NCBI GenBank assembly: GCA_002269645.1
Contig: NIVC01000023.1
Location: forward strand, 558,001-622,000
Origin: Macrostomum lignano
Lineage: Eukaryota
Direction of reading: 5' to 3'
Length of the DNA: 64,000 bases
In this document: in pieces, positions 44,270-56,116 of the stretch
Numbering within the stretch: the first letter of the stretch is position 1
Layout: each line of letters opens with the position of its first letter
Translations under genes and position numbers: made by a program
Notes under the pieces: model-generated
What the model was told of the DNA's origin: nothing
The model's input: the letters and a program-made list of their open reading frames with translations, nothing else
Database searches by the model: none

Positions 44270-46215
44270 ATTAGTTGCGCCTATGCACACAGGCCACTGG
44301 AGAGACCATCGAGTCCTGGTACGCCAGACTGCACACTGCGGCAGAGTCGTGCGACTTTGAGCAGCTGAAGGACTCACTCATCAAAGACCAGCTCGTGGCA
44401 ACCTGCAGCTCTGACAAGCTATGCAGGCGGCTGCTTCAGGGGGCGAACATCAGCCTGGTGGAGGCCTTGCGGAAGGTGAGGGCATTCGAGGCTGCTGAGG
44501 AACAGGCCACCGAGATGGAGAAGGCAGACTCGCACGTGGCCAGCGTTGCGGCATCATGAGCTCCGCACCTTCAGAGCACTCAGCCTGCCAAGCCCACGCC
44601 CAACAAGAGCCGAAGTTCGCGCCTACGGGATACTGACACCTCTCAAGATTGTGGGTACTGCCGACCTTGACACCAAGTGAGAGCTGCCAGAACAACAGCG
44701 ACCTTCCACATCATGGACGGCGACGGGCTGACGATATTGGGGCGCCAGCCCGCATTCAAGCTAGGAGTGCTGAAGATCCAGCGACCTGAAGCTACCAAGC
44801 CGCAAAACAACAATGCCATTGCCGACACCATACCCTTCGAGCAGTATAGTGACCCGCAGCTCAAGGCCATTTTGCAGAGGCACAAAAAATGTTTTCAAAG
44901 AGGCCATAGTGGAGGAGCTCAAGGCTTTGGAGGACTAGGGCATCATCGAGGCAGTCAAAAGTCCTAGCGCCTGGGTGTCACGCATGGTGGTGGTGCCCAA
45001 GGGCGACGGTGGCGTCAGAATCTATCCTAGGACCTCCGCGATCTCAACACTGTCATCATCCCAGAGAAGAAGCAAATCCCCACGCTGGATGAAATCACCG
45101 AGAAAATGGCCGACGCCAGGCTGTCCAGCAAACTCGATATCCGGAAGGCCTTTTATAAGATCCCAGTCCACGAGAGCAGCCGTCAGCTCTTCACCTTCAG
45201 CATGCCCCTCGGACTAATGCGGCTCAAGAGGCTTAGTATAGGGTTCACAAATGCCTCGAAAATACTTCAACGAGTCACGCTTGGCATCTTCAGCGGCATT
45301 GACGGCGCCCGGTGGGCGCACGATGACGGGATGGGTTACGCCTCCGACATGAAGCAGCACCATGAGAGGCTGGACGCCTGCCTTCAGCGCCTCCGAGAGG
45401 TCGGCATCACCCTCAATCAGGACAAGTGCAGGTTCGCCCCGCCTACTGTCGAGTTTCTCGGAATGCGCCTGACCGTCCGGGTCATGCAGCCGGCCGCCGA
45501 GAAAATTGACGCCATGCAGAACTTCCGACAGCCCACCAACGTGGCCAACGTCCGCTCTTTCCTGGGAACCGTGAACTTCCTGGCAAAGTTCATCCCGAGC
45601 TTTGCTGACCTCGTCGCCCCACTCCGGCAGCTGACGAAGAAGGGCCAGGCCTGGGAGTGGACGGAAAAACACACTGCGGCGCTTGACGGCATCAAGAAGG
45701 CGATCTCAGACGCGGACACGCTGGCCTTTTTCGACCGCAGGCAGCACATGGAGGCTCCTGGTGGACGCATCTCCGATCGGCCTCGGCGCTATCCTCTCAC
45801 AGCGACAGCCGAACGGTAGCTGCCGACCTTTCGCCTCCGCCAGCAGAGCCCTCTCGCCGGTGGGGCAGCGGTACGCGCAGATCGAGCGGGAGGCTCTCGC
45901 CATCAAATTTGGGTGTCTCAAGTTTGAGCACTATCTGGCTGGCGACCCAGACTTCACCGTGGTGACGGACCACCGACAGCTCGTGCCGCTTTTCAAGCCT
46001 GGCTCCCATCCGCCACCGTGGATCGAGCGAATGGCGCTGCGCATTCAGCATCTCCGCTTCAACCTGCTCTACCGGCCAAACTGGACCAACCCGGCTGACC
46101 TGCTGAGTCGGCATCCACTGCGAGAACAGCGTCCAGAATGTCGGTGAAGAGCTTGACGCCGCCTTCGCCAACGCCGTGTCGACCGGGGCCGTGCCGAAGG
46201 GCTTCAGTCTCGACC
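44270..46215 (+). mobile_element. Ty3/Gypsy LTR-retrotransposon gag-pol remnant (no LTRs identified)
   Basis: gag-like GETIESWYARLHTAAESCDF..LIKDQLV; RT SKLDIRKAFYKIP..(AH)DD..GITLNQDKC; RNase H LLVDASPIGLGAILSQ..YAQIEREALAI..TDHRQL..NPADLLSR. Multiple frameshifts. Confidence 0.9.
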
Positions 46216-47494
46216 ATGTTCCGGAAGCATCGCGCACCGGCGATGAACGCAATTCGAACCGTCTGGCAGCAACTGGGGCACCAAGCAGCTAGCGACGTGC
46301 GCCAGCTCTACACGGCCTACTTGCGGCCGGTGCTGGAGTACGCTGCCGGCGCTTGGATGCCGACGGCCTGCAAGACGGCTATCGACCACCTGGACCGGGC
46401 CCAGCGCCTGGGCGCGCGCATCATCACCGGGTGTCTTCAGAACACCAGGTCCGAGGTGCTGAAGCGCGAGGCTGGGCTGCCGCCAATGGCAGTCCGTGCG
46501 GAGATGCACGCCGGCCTCCTCCACGAGCGCGCTTTTAGGCTGCCGCCCGACAACCCGCTGCGCGCCTGCGCGGCCAGCGTCGGCCCGCACCGCCGCCACC
46601 AAAGCACCCGCGGCTAGCGCGAGACGGCGGCCAGCGTTTGCAGCGCTGCGGGCCTGGGCGGCTACCCGCGAGAGCCCGTCCACGCTGTCCCGACGACACC
46701 TCCCTGGGCTGACCTGGACTCCATCACCTTCGGGCTGCACTCCCCGACCTAGCAGGAAAACCTGCCGGAGGCCCGGAGAGCTGCGGCGGAGCAGACGCTT
46801 GCCGCCCTGCCGCCCGCTCGCACCGTGCTCTGGACCGACGGAGCGGCGAAGGACGGCGTCCTGGACGGCGGCAGCGGCGTCCTGGTCGAGCCCAACACCA
46901 CGCTGTGCGTCGCTGCTGGCCACGTGACGTCCAGTTTCCACGCCGAGCTAGCGGCCATCGCTGAGGCCCTTCGGTGGGTGCTCGCGGCCGCGGACCCTGC
47001 AGAGCTGTCGCGTTGGCTGCTGCGCAGGGTACCGTCCGCCGCCACTGCCTCGCCCGCTGACACTAGATCTACAACGCGGCGGCCACCGAGGCGGCGAGCA
47101 CGAGCTCGCTGGCCTGACCCTTTGCCTGCACGGCGGGCCGCCTGCCGCCTTCGCCGACGAGCGACCTCACGCGGCGGCAGGAGCGGCTGATTTGCCAGCT
47201 GCGCGCCGACCGCTGCCCGGCCCTGCGGGGCTTCCAGGCCGCCATCGGCGTTGACGTGGGCCCCACCTGCCGCTTTTGTGGCGATGGAGAGGAGACGGCG
47301 GCCCATCTGCTGATCTCCTGCCCCGCCCTGACATCGCTGCCGCCTCTTGGGGCCAAGCCCGGAGCCCGCGGCAGTTTTCGAGAACTGCACCGCAGTTTTG
47401 AACTTCCTCGGGAAGGCGGGCGCCATCTGACGCCCGGTGCCATGGGCCCTGGCCTAGCGCGCCCGAATGGAAGAAGAAGAAGAAGAAGAAGAAG
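46216..47494 (+). mobile_element. 5'-truncated RNase H-containing LINE (I/Ingi/Nimb-like) with (GAA)n tail
   Basis: RT C-terminus LYTAYLRPVLEYAAGAW; RNase H LWTDGA..SSFHAELAAI; C-terminal CRFCGDGEETAAHLLISC knuckle; (AAG)n tail at 47470-47494. Internal stops present. Confidence 0.85.
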
Positions 47495-47963
47495 GTGGTC
47501 AACGACAACGGTGGTGGTGGCGAAGGTGACGAAGGTGGTGGCGAACAGTCTTGTATGCGCCACCTCTCACAGCTGCGCCCCCTTGTTGAACCTGCTGCTG
47601 CTGCACCGGCCAGCCACGCCGGAGAGCCCGCCGGCCTACCCAGCGGTAGCATCGCCACGCGAGAACATCCAAGAGCTGCCCGTAGCAGAGTGCTCAGCTA
47701 CAAATTTTGATCCTAGGGCTCTCGTGTGCGGACGGGCCACTTTGATTGCTTTGGGGTATTTGAGCTGATAACTGAGTAACTGAACTTGTTTTTTTATCCC
47801 ATGGGGATCTCTCTGGTTGGGGAAAATTGTAGGCGCCTGCTGCCTAGTGCTTGCCTGACAAATGATTTTTGCTCTTGATGTGCATATGCGATTTACGACC
47901 ATATAGCCAATATGCTTGGTTTTCTGTTTTCAGTTTCAATCGATCACACATACAATTATTTGA

Positions 47964-47964
<1 letters not shown>

Positions 47965-48013
<49 letters not shown>
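47965..48013. repeat. (CT)n microsatellite
   Basis: Direct read. Confidence 0.95.
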
Positions 48014-48016
<3 letters not shown>

Positions 48017-48069
48017 GCATTTCTACCTGCTCCCAAAAATTCCCAAGGACCCGGTCACCTGGCTGATCC

Positions 48070-49345
48070 CCTTTCGGGTCCCAGCAGGCAGACCTATTGT
48101 TAGCGGATGCAGTTCTAAAGCAATTGGGGCAGAAAAGTACATAGACTTCTTTCTTAAACCGATTGCCCAAGCGCAACACTTTCATTAAGGACTCCTATGA
48201 CTTCAAGGCACACCTTATGGATAAATGCTGCACGGAAGGTTCGACTCTGGCAACTGGTGATGTCCAGAGTCTATACTCCATGATCCCTATAGACCAGGGC
48301 ATTGCAGCGATCCAGGAATTCCTTAACCGATACCCGGATCCCATTAGACCGGATGCTGAGTTAATAAAGCTACTGGAACTGTGTTTGTACAGGAATGACT
48401 TTGAATTTGACAACTGCCCTGAGAACTGCTCTTTATAAGCCGAACATCTATTTTAGGTACATAGATGATATCTTCATTCACTGGGACCACCCGGCTGAAG
48501 CTCTGATAGAATTTGTTTGACACCTGAATTCAATCAAGTACCCCAACATCAAACTCACCGTCAGCTCCTCATCAACTGAGGTCAGTTTCCTTGATATGAC
48601 CATCAAGAAAGCTGAAAACCGCTTTACAACACAACTGTTTTCGAAAGAAGCAGACACTCATAGATTGTTGCACCGACAGTCCTTCCATCCGTCACACACA
48701 TTCAAAGGGGTAGTAAAATCCCAAGTCCTTCGGTACGCTCGAATCTGTGATGACTACAAGTCTTTCAACGGTGCTTTCAATTCTTTAAAATCGGAACTCA
48801 AGCAATTAGGCTACTCGAAGATTTTTCTTAGAAAATGCAAAAATGAGGTCCTCAAAGTTATGAACTGGACTGCAGGACCAACGACCAATCTGGGTCTGCT
48901 TCCCAAAGGGTTCCCAAAGGGGTCCGTGTGGGTCATCCCGCTGCAAATGCTGCACCCACTCACCGCCTGCTCTCTCTGCCCAGGGACTGAGACCGGCTTC
49001 CGGTTTTTTAATCTCTCAGAGCCTGTCCTGTGGCTCCAAGAGCATCATCTATGGCATCTCCTGTAACCAGTGCCACCCTGGGAAAATCCTCTATGTAGGT
49101 ATGACTAGAAGAACAATGAGAGATAGAATGAACCAGCACAGGTCTGAAAATATTAACAGGAGAATCGCTACTTCTGGGTCAGAGCACTTTCTCACCCCCA
49201 ATCACTCGATTGCAAACTTGAAACTTTGTCACTATTGCCATTGAACAGGTTCTTAATAACAAAAAAATCGAACTAAGGGAAGAAATCTGGATTAAAACAC
49301 TGGGGACTGACAAACCGCCGGGTACGAACATCAGGGTTGATAATT
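48070..49345 (+). mobile_element. Penelope-like element (RT + GIY-YIG endonuclease), decayed
   Basis: TFIKDSYDF, TGDVQSLYSMIP, RYIDDIF, VSFLD and SFHPSHTFKGVVKSQVLRY are PLE RT/thumb motifs. IIYGISCNQC..LYVGMTRRTMRDRMNQH is the GIY-YIG. Frameshifts and stops present. Confidence 0.9.
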
Positions 49346-49391
49346 TGAATTTGTTTGTTGGACTAAACCTGACTGGCTTGTCTCTCGCTCA

Positions 49392-50118
49392 CCACAGTTA
49401 ATAAGCGTTAATCCGTTAAAGTTAACGCAGAAAATACAGAAATCTTGCACATTTTTCCAAAACAGACTTCATATTGCACTGCTTTTGCTTTTCCATCTTT
49501 TTAGCGAAACACAGGTCAACCAACCGATTTACAAGCTAAAAAAATAACAAAAAATAATAATAGTAAAAACTTGTAAGTCTAATACTACTGAAAGTAAGCA
49601 TACGGTAAACGAAGTAACTTATTTATTTGAAACTTGAAAGCTAATTAGTTAATAATAAAATACGAATAGGAAGGTTGTTTCTGTAGCATTAGCAGGCGCC
49701 GCAGAAAGTTACGAAAGATTGGCAAAGAAGTGAATCAATCAAAGCGATCGATGCTCACGCGCAAGCAATAAAGTTCACAATTTTAATTCATTATCAAGTT
49801 CATTAGTAAGAAGTTGTTACATCTGCATGATCATCGTCATAAACAAAGAGATTAATTAGGTATTTAGGTAAATTCGAAAACATTCGTAATGTTGTAACTT
49901 CTCGTCAGACTTGTATTTTTGTTCTTTCTTTGCGTCGTTAGTCTTGACACTGTCATTGACGTTAACGATGAATTTGTCGTTAAATCACAAAATAATTAAC
50001 GCAAATTCGTTAATCCGTTAGTTCAAAAAATCTTACCGGCAGTCCGCTAACGTTAATAAAAAATATTAACGCTTATTAACGGGTTAACGCTTATTAACGG
50101 ACCGGTGCCCAACACTGT
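49392..50118. mobile_element. Probable non-autonomous DNA transposon inserted in the PLE 3' region
   Basis: Subterminal inverted repeats TTAATAAGCGTTAA / TTAACGCTTATTAA; ends CACAG..CTGTG; AT-rich non-coding interior. Confidence 0.5.
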
Positions 50119-50130
50119 GCACATGTTTTT

Positions 50131-50170
50131 TGGTCTGACGAAGATCCCAGAGGCTTGAAACCGGTAGCCT
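50131..50170 (+). ncRNA. Minimal type I hammerhead ribozyme motif (Penelope pLTR type), partly degenerate
   Basis: CTGACGA (50135) - stem II region AGATCCCAGAGGCTT - GAAA - palindromic CCGG - TA cleavage triplet. Short stem I: TGGT pairs with GCC. Located downstream of the PLE ORF. Confidence 0.6.
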
Positions 50171-50204
50171 ATTTTCTAAAATAATATTTTAACATGCCGT
50201 GACC

Positions 50205-50214
50205 TCTCTTCTCT

Positions 50215-50277
<63 letters not shown>
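50205..50277. repeat. (TC)n microsatellite
   Basis: Direct read. Confidence 0.95.
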
Positions 50278-50282
<5 letters not shown>

Positions 50283-51541
50283 TCTCTTAAAATCTTAAAA
50301 CTAGCTTCATAGATAGTGTAGGCAATTTTAATTTCCTTTCACTTTTGTTTGTAGGCAATCAAATTGCTATATAGGCGCCAGAATTACTTCGTGTAACTCA
50401 AATACACATAAGTCCTGTAATTGTAAATTCACGCACTTTTTTATGAACACAAACGAGAGGGTTTTGCTATAGCTTAATTGTACGGGCTAACAGCATCAAG
50501 GATTCTTTAATTAAAAAAAAGATTGATTCTCAAATTACAGTTTTCATAGCATTGCAGTCATAAGCTAGTTGATTTTCATTTTGTCTACTAAACACGAAAT
50601 ACCGCATTGTTAATGTATGCCAGCAGCGTATTACGCTCTTATAGTAGCTAAATAATTCAAATGTAGACTAACTTCACTGCGGTTAGTACGCCAGCTGAGC
50701 GCACCCATGCAAGGAGGTAAGGCGCTGTATCGTACATAGCTAATCGAGTTTTGACCATGCATGTGTAGATAGGCTCAGGCCCTCTGCAGATGATTAAAAT
50801 TTAAATTTTATCTGTCTTCATCCATATCTATAGGTTCTTATAATAGTAGCATATAGTTTGCAAATATCAGGTTTTACAAAAAAAGACTCCAGATGAATTA
50901 TAAATTTTGCTTCTTAATTGATGCTTCTATATAGTGCGTTGCATCACGGATATTCTCTTCCATTGGTAACTGGTACGATCCAGGAACGGCTGTAAGCAGT
51001 AAAATAGTCCTATTTTAGACTCCGTGTGTCAATAAATATGTAAACTGCCATCGTAAAATATCGATTTCTATGCAAATCTGTCGTGATAATTGGGGTTTTT
51101 TATGCGACTGTTCAAAAGCGACGCGAGAAGTTAATTGCCATTCAGCGATATGGAATTCATCAAATTCCATCGCATCATGCTCGATTGTTATGCAGTGTTT
51201 TTGTGACGAAATATGACAGTGTATGGCATTCAATGGATAGATAGCTAATTTACTGTGTACTCGTTTCTAATTCCTTCCTCGAAATCACTTGTATAGCTTA
51301 TACTGAACTACATGCAAACATATTTTGAAGATACTCCCTAAAGACTCGATTTACACGGCCATCTGATTAAAGTAGCATCCTTTTAGGCGTGAAATGAAAA
51401 TGTGAAACGTCATAGGCTTACATTTTTTGCGCGATATTTACTCTCATCTTGATCAATCCTGCATGGGAGCTTTTTCTTTTTTAGATTTACTCGATAGTTC
51501 GTTAGAATTTATTTGCCAAAATATTAACCTGGAGTTATGAT

Positions 51542-52498
51542 TTAAATAGATCCTCGCTTGCCCCATCTGAACACGTTCTTGTTGTTGGTCCGGTCTGATC
51601 GCTTGCCCCATCTGAACACGTTCTTGTTGTTGGTCCGGTCTGATCGCTTGCCCCATCTGAACACGTTCTTGTTGTTGGTCCGGTCTGATCGCTTGCCCCA
51701 TCTGAACACGTTCTTGTTGTTGGTCCGGTCTGATCGCTTGCCCCATCTGAACACGTTCTTGTTGTTGGTCCGGTCTGATCGCTTGCCCCATCTGAACACG
51801 TTCTTGTTGTTGGTCCGGCCTCTCTTGCCCCATCTGAACACGTTCTTGTTGTTGGTCCGACCTCTCTTGCCCCATCTGAACACGTTCTTGTTGTTGTTTC
51901 GGCCTCTCTTGCCCCATCTGAACACGTTCTTGTTGTTGGTCCGGCTTCTCTTGCCCCATCTGAACACGTTCTTGTTGTTGGTCCGGCCTCTCTTGCCCCA
52001 TCTGAACACGTTCTTGTTGTTGGTCCGGCCTCTCTTGCCCCATCTGAACACGTTCTTGTTGTTGGTCCGGTCTCTCTTGCCCCATCTGAACACGTTCTTG
52101 TTGTTGGTCCGGCCTCTCTTGCCCCATCTGAACACGTTCTTGTTGTTGGTCCGGCCTCTCTTGCCCCATCTGAACACGTTCTTGTTGTTGGTCCGGCCTC
52201 TCTTGCTGTCACTGGCCCACTGAAGAGAAGACATCTCGTCTGGATCAAACAGCTTTTCGCTTTTAGGAATCTTCACTTGGTTTAATGGGAGTCCATCCAA
52301 GCTTTGAATGGTCTCATTCGGTTCCGTATCTGAAAGTTTGGATCATTATGCTCATGCTTCTGAAATTCTACCGAAAGAAATATTAACGCAGCTATTACAC
52401 AGCGTACCTTCGAGAGCATCGACTGCGGCAGGATTGAACGAAGCAATTCCGAGACAAGCCAACGCCAGAATAAGGCCGCCTGCACGTCTGATTGACAT
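51542..52498 (-). CDS. Neuropeptide precursor, 292 aa, 2 exons (52498-52408, 52329-51542), encoding 15 x-NNKNVFRW-amide peptides
   Basis: Signal peptide MSIRRAGGLILALACLGIASFNPAAVDA. A 78-nt phase-1 intron (G|GTACGC..TTTCAG) joins it in frame to an acidic spacer. Then 15 repeats each end in GKR (amidation Gly + dibasic site): 7x GRTNNKNVFRW, 1x DRT-, 1x SRT-, 1x GRNNNKNVFRW, 5x SDRTNNKNVFRW. Confidence 0.93.
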
Positions 52499-53199
52499 CT
52501 GAAACCTGTTTGTTAATCTCATTAACGGTATAGTGTTTCCGACAGCTAAAATTCTGCAGCTGAGCATTTCTGTAATTGATCAGTCCCTAGCTACATTTTG
52601 AGTATAGGATCTCACAGTCTAAGCACGAAATTTGACCATGCGGCACCTATCATTGGCCACGGGATGTAGAAGCAGCCTCGCCGTGTCTGGATGACGAATC
52701 ATAATTCGTTTTATTTGCTGCAGTGAATTCGTAACGTGGTCATGCTGTCACGCAACTACATGTAACGTTATACAGATATAGCCATAATTGCAATTGATTT
52801 AGAATGTAGAGCTTTCTTTGTCTGATTCCGATCGGAAAAACTAATTCTGAAAGGCTGGTGGGTATAGTCAATTAAAAATTGGTCATCAGATCTTCTAATA
52901 AGTAATTGGGGTGATCATACTGCGGCAGCTTTCATATATGTACGTGCTCAACCGATTCAACCTACAGGCCACACGGAGGCTAGCCAGCACATTGCGCCCT
53001 GAAGCTGGTCGCCTCATACAATTCTATCAATGAACTGGTAGACCAGCTGTTGCTACATGGCCATATACCATGTACATGCATGGTGCATGGTAGTAGATAG
53101 GTGCGTTTATTGGTGCACTTCTCCTACTCCTTAGCGCTACCCACACAGCCTCCTCGCTAGCCAGTGTTCTCACATCATCTTGCGCACTGATTCGCTTGC

Positions 53200-53500
53200 T
53201 TTGCTCGCCAGGATTATATTCGATCCGCCACCTCGTTGCCCTGGATACCACAGTGGTTGGGCACCCATGAGCATGAGCAGTATATGAACCTTCTCGAAGC
53301 TCGCCCAGCATGTCCCAAAATGGCACGGGTTTTTGAAAACCCGAAATCAAACGCGGGTTTCCATGCCTTTCCAGCTCTCAGTCAGTGCTTGCAAGCTACA
53401 ATTCTGTTCGTAACCTGAAGCGCAACTTTTCCTGATCTTTTTGAGCCATCTTACACCTCCCAGCATATATTGTGTACAATTCAACTTGCCCTGTAGAGTG
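53200..53500 (-). pseudogene. Degenerate retroelement RNase H fragment
   Basis: One frame reads SWVPNHCGIQGNEVADRI, matching the RNase HI WVPGHxGIxGNExAD motif; surrounding sequence has stops and frameshifts. Confidence 0.55.
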
Positions 53501-53606
53501 TTCTACCTTCCGCAAACTGATAAAATTTTTAACGTACTACTTAACGTACTACGCTGAACCACATATTATTTTGACCAACCATATAGGAAGAGAGAAATCT
53601 CGAGCA

Positions 53607-54477
53607 TGTTAAATTTAGAAATCACCCAATCACGTGTGACCTGCAATTGTCAGCTCAAACCCCATTTGAGATGCATCATTCAGCACGTACTCTGGTGAAC
53701 CAATCAAAGGTAACTAAAAATAACTCATCTACGGTAACCAATCATGCGCGCTTACACTAAACCAATAGATTAACTTTCTACCCTGCCATGTTTGACAGCA
53801 ACCAATCCGTGAACCTTTGACATTTAAGAGAATGAACTCAATGACCTCACGTGGGGTCCGTTTGCTTATAAATACAAGTGGTCCGGAGCGGAGCGGAGCC
53901 TCAGAATTTCTGGACTCCAGAAAGAGCTCCGATGAGAAGAGCCCCAGGAGGACTTCTGCTAAACCAAGACTCGTCTGTGTTATTTGCGGTAAGCCTTACT
54001 CGGTCATTGCGCCAGGTGTTTGAGTCTGTTGAGACTCTTGAGTCTATTTTAGACTCCATTGGTTGTAGTCTCCAGAATGACTACCCTGATAGATATTAGA
54101 AGACTAAATACTATCAGAGATTACTGGAGCTATACCTAGAGTGCATGGAAGCACTGCTAGAAGGAAAAGGCTTAATTGATCGAAACCGCAGTTTAGCGCA
54201 GGAATCCCAATTGTTAATTTGAAGCTTCCGATTGGTCCGAACTACTGATACCGGCCGGCAAAAGGTCCTACAGGACAAAAGAGGAACCAGGGCCAGAGCG
54301 ACATAACCAAGAAGTCTAGACGCATCGACGAGATCTACGACGAGATCTACTGAAGAGACATCTAATCCGGATTCAAGGTAATAAACACCTTCACTTGATT
54401 ACTGGGTGCCTAGCAGAAGCTAGATGTGAGTGTTCTTTGATTACTGAGAAGAGTCTTGGTGATAAGGAACACATCAG
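53607..54477 (+). promoter_or_regulatory. LTR-like promoter module (possible solo LTR)
   Basis: CCAAT boxes at 53626, 53700, 53738, 53762 and 53802; CACGTG at 53631 and 53848; TATAAATA at 53867; AATAAA near 54381; TG..CA candidate ends. No TSD found. Confidence 0.45.
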
Positions 54478-56116
54478 CCCGCCGCAGTGCAGCAGTTGCC
54501 AATCGCTGTGCTGCTACCACTATTTCTGAAAATGGCAACACCACCGCGCATCCTAGTTGGCGTCCTTCGCCTCGGATTCAATTGGTGTGACATCAGCGTC
54601 TGTGAATAGCCTTAGCTCCGGGCCTCCGATCGATATTTTACGAGCTAATGTAACTCATGCCTTCTTTAAAGTTGACCCCCCCCCCAGCTATGCCTGAAAG
54701 TTATTTGACGCAGTTCCTTTCGTCATCACCTTAAACTAAGCGACCCTTGCTCACGCGGTAGAAGCTGTGTAGAGCTAGAACCCAGGCCCTATAAATGCCC
54801 TCGATCGGCGTTGTTGCCATGAGGAGTACTGTCACTTGAAAAAACGTTTAAAATAATGACAAAACCAATTTAACATGAAAAATCGATTAATGCGTCGCTG
54901 GAGCAGCATGTAAGGCACAAAATAGTGTGATTATAGAACTTTCTCGACACTGTTAAGAGACCCAATCACTGTTTTAGTGTTGAAAATCGTGAAATTCCTA
55001 TCTCCGTAGTGTACTTTTCCGGTGAAACCTGCCTTTAAAACTATTTCTGAACAAAAAGCTTTATGACTATTGATAGAGCAATAAGAAAGGCACAAACATA
55101 TCAAAAGATGAACACTGGATCTGCCTTCTATCAAAAGCAATAGCATTTTTTGTGTTGAAAAATTAAAACCTCCTACATGTGTGTACACATGTATCTCCAT
55201 AGTGTATTTTTTGGCGAAAATTTGCCTTCAAAATATTTACCATAGATTTCGAGTGTTGCGTCCTTCTACTTAAGTTGTCCTTGCCCGCATATACTCCTTT
55301 GCATGACCTCAACTTGTCATCTAAGGAGGACCCCCATCTCGTAATCTACGTAGATCATTCGACGTCTCTGCGACGTCTTTTAACGTTTCCGACATTCTAT
55401 CGACATCGCTAACAAATATTTGCTCTTATCCATCGATATAATGTAAAAGTACATATCTGCCTCCGACGTCGGATTGCGTACGTGCATCATGTACATGTAT
55501 GTTTGTCTGACGGCCGGCTATCAACATGCAATCCCCGTCAGTGCAGGCCCAGCAATAAGGCATCGCAATTTAAGTCTTGATTTTGCAGTTGGCCAACACT
55601 TCTTGCAGCTGGACTTGTTGCTAGCAGAAGGACAGAGTTATGTCGTAGTTGATCAGGCCTATGAACTATAGTTTTTTTACAGCAGGTCTCAAGACGTACC
55701 CATGCAGATGTACATGTACACTGTACATGCACCACACATGTATAGTGACAATATACTATCATTTCTTCCGAGACTCTGTCGTCGTGGCTCACGTCGCACG
55801 TATAACACAAGGACCACTAGAAGATATCGTTGTACATATGTATCTTAGTGATGAGGACGCACTTTTTTCCAAATCCCGCGCTAGCACATGGGCTCTAAAC
55901 GTACTAGCCTACTAACAGTGGGCAATGGGAATTTTTATCCTGTTTCTGCGAATTGTCATAGAATCTATACTAGATATAATGTTTGGTCATACTAGTAGTC
56001 ATAATAACATAGGCGCAGCTTTTTGGGTCATAAATCATCGCTTTCGAAGCTGGTCTGACAGCCACCTGCGCCTGACTCAGTGTTGAGGCGGGCGCCAGAT
56101 GGTCTGAGAGGATGCG

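Noticed and set aside
51453-52248. Gln-rich and CSDG-repeat ORFs overlapping the neuropeptide gene
   Set aside because: These are alternative frames of the 42/45-bp repeat; only one frame has GKR sites and joins the signal-peptide exon.
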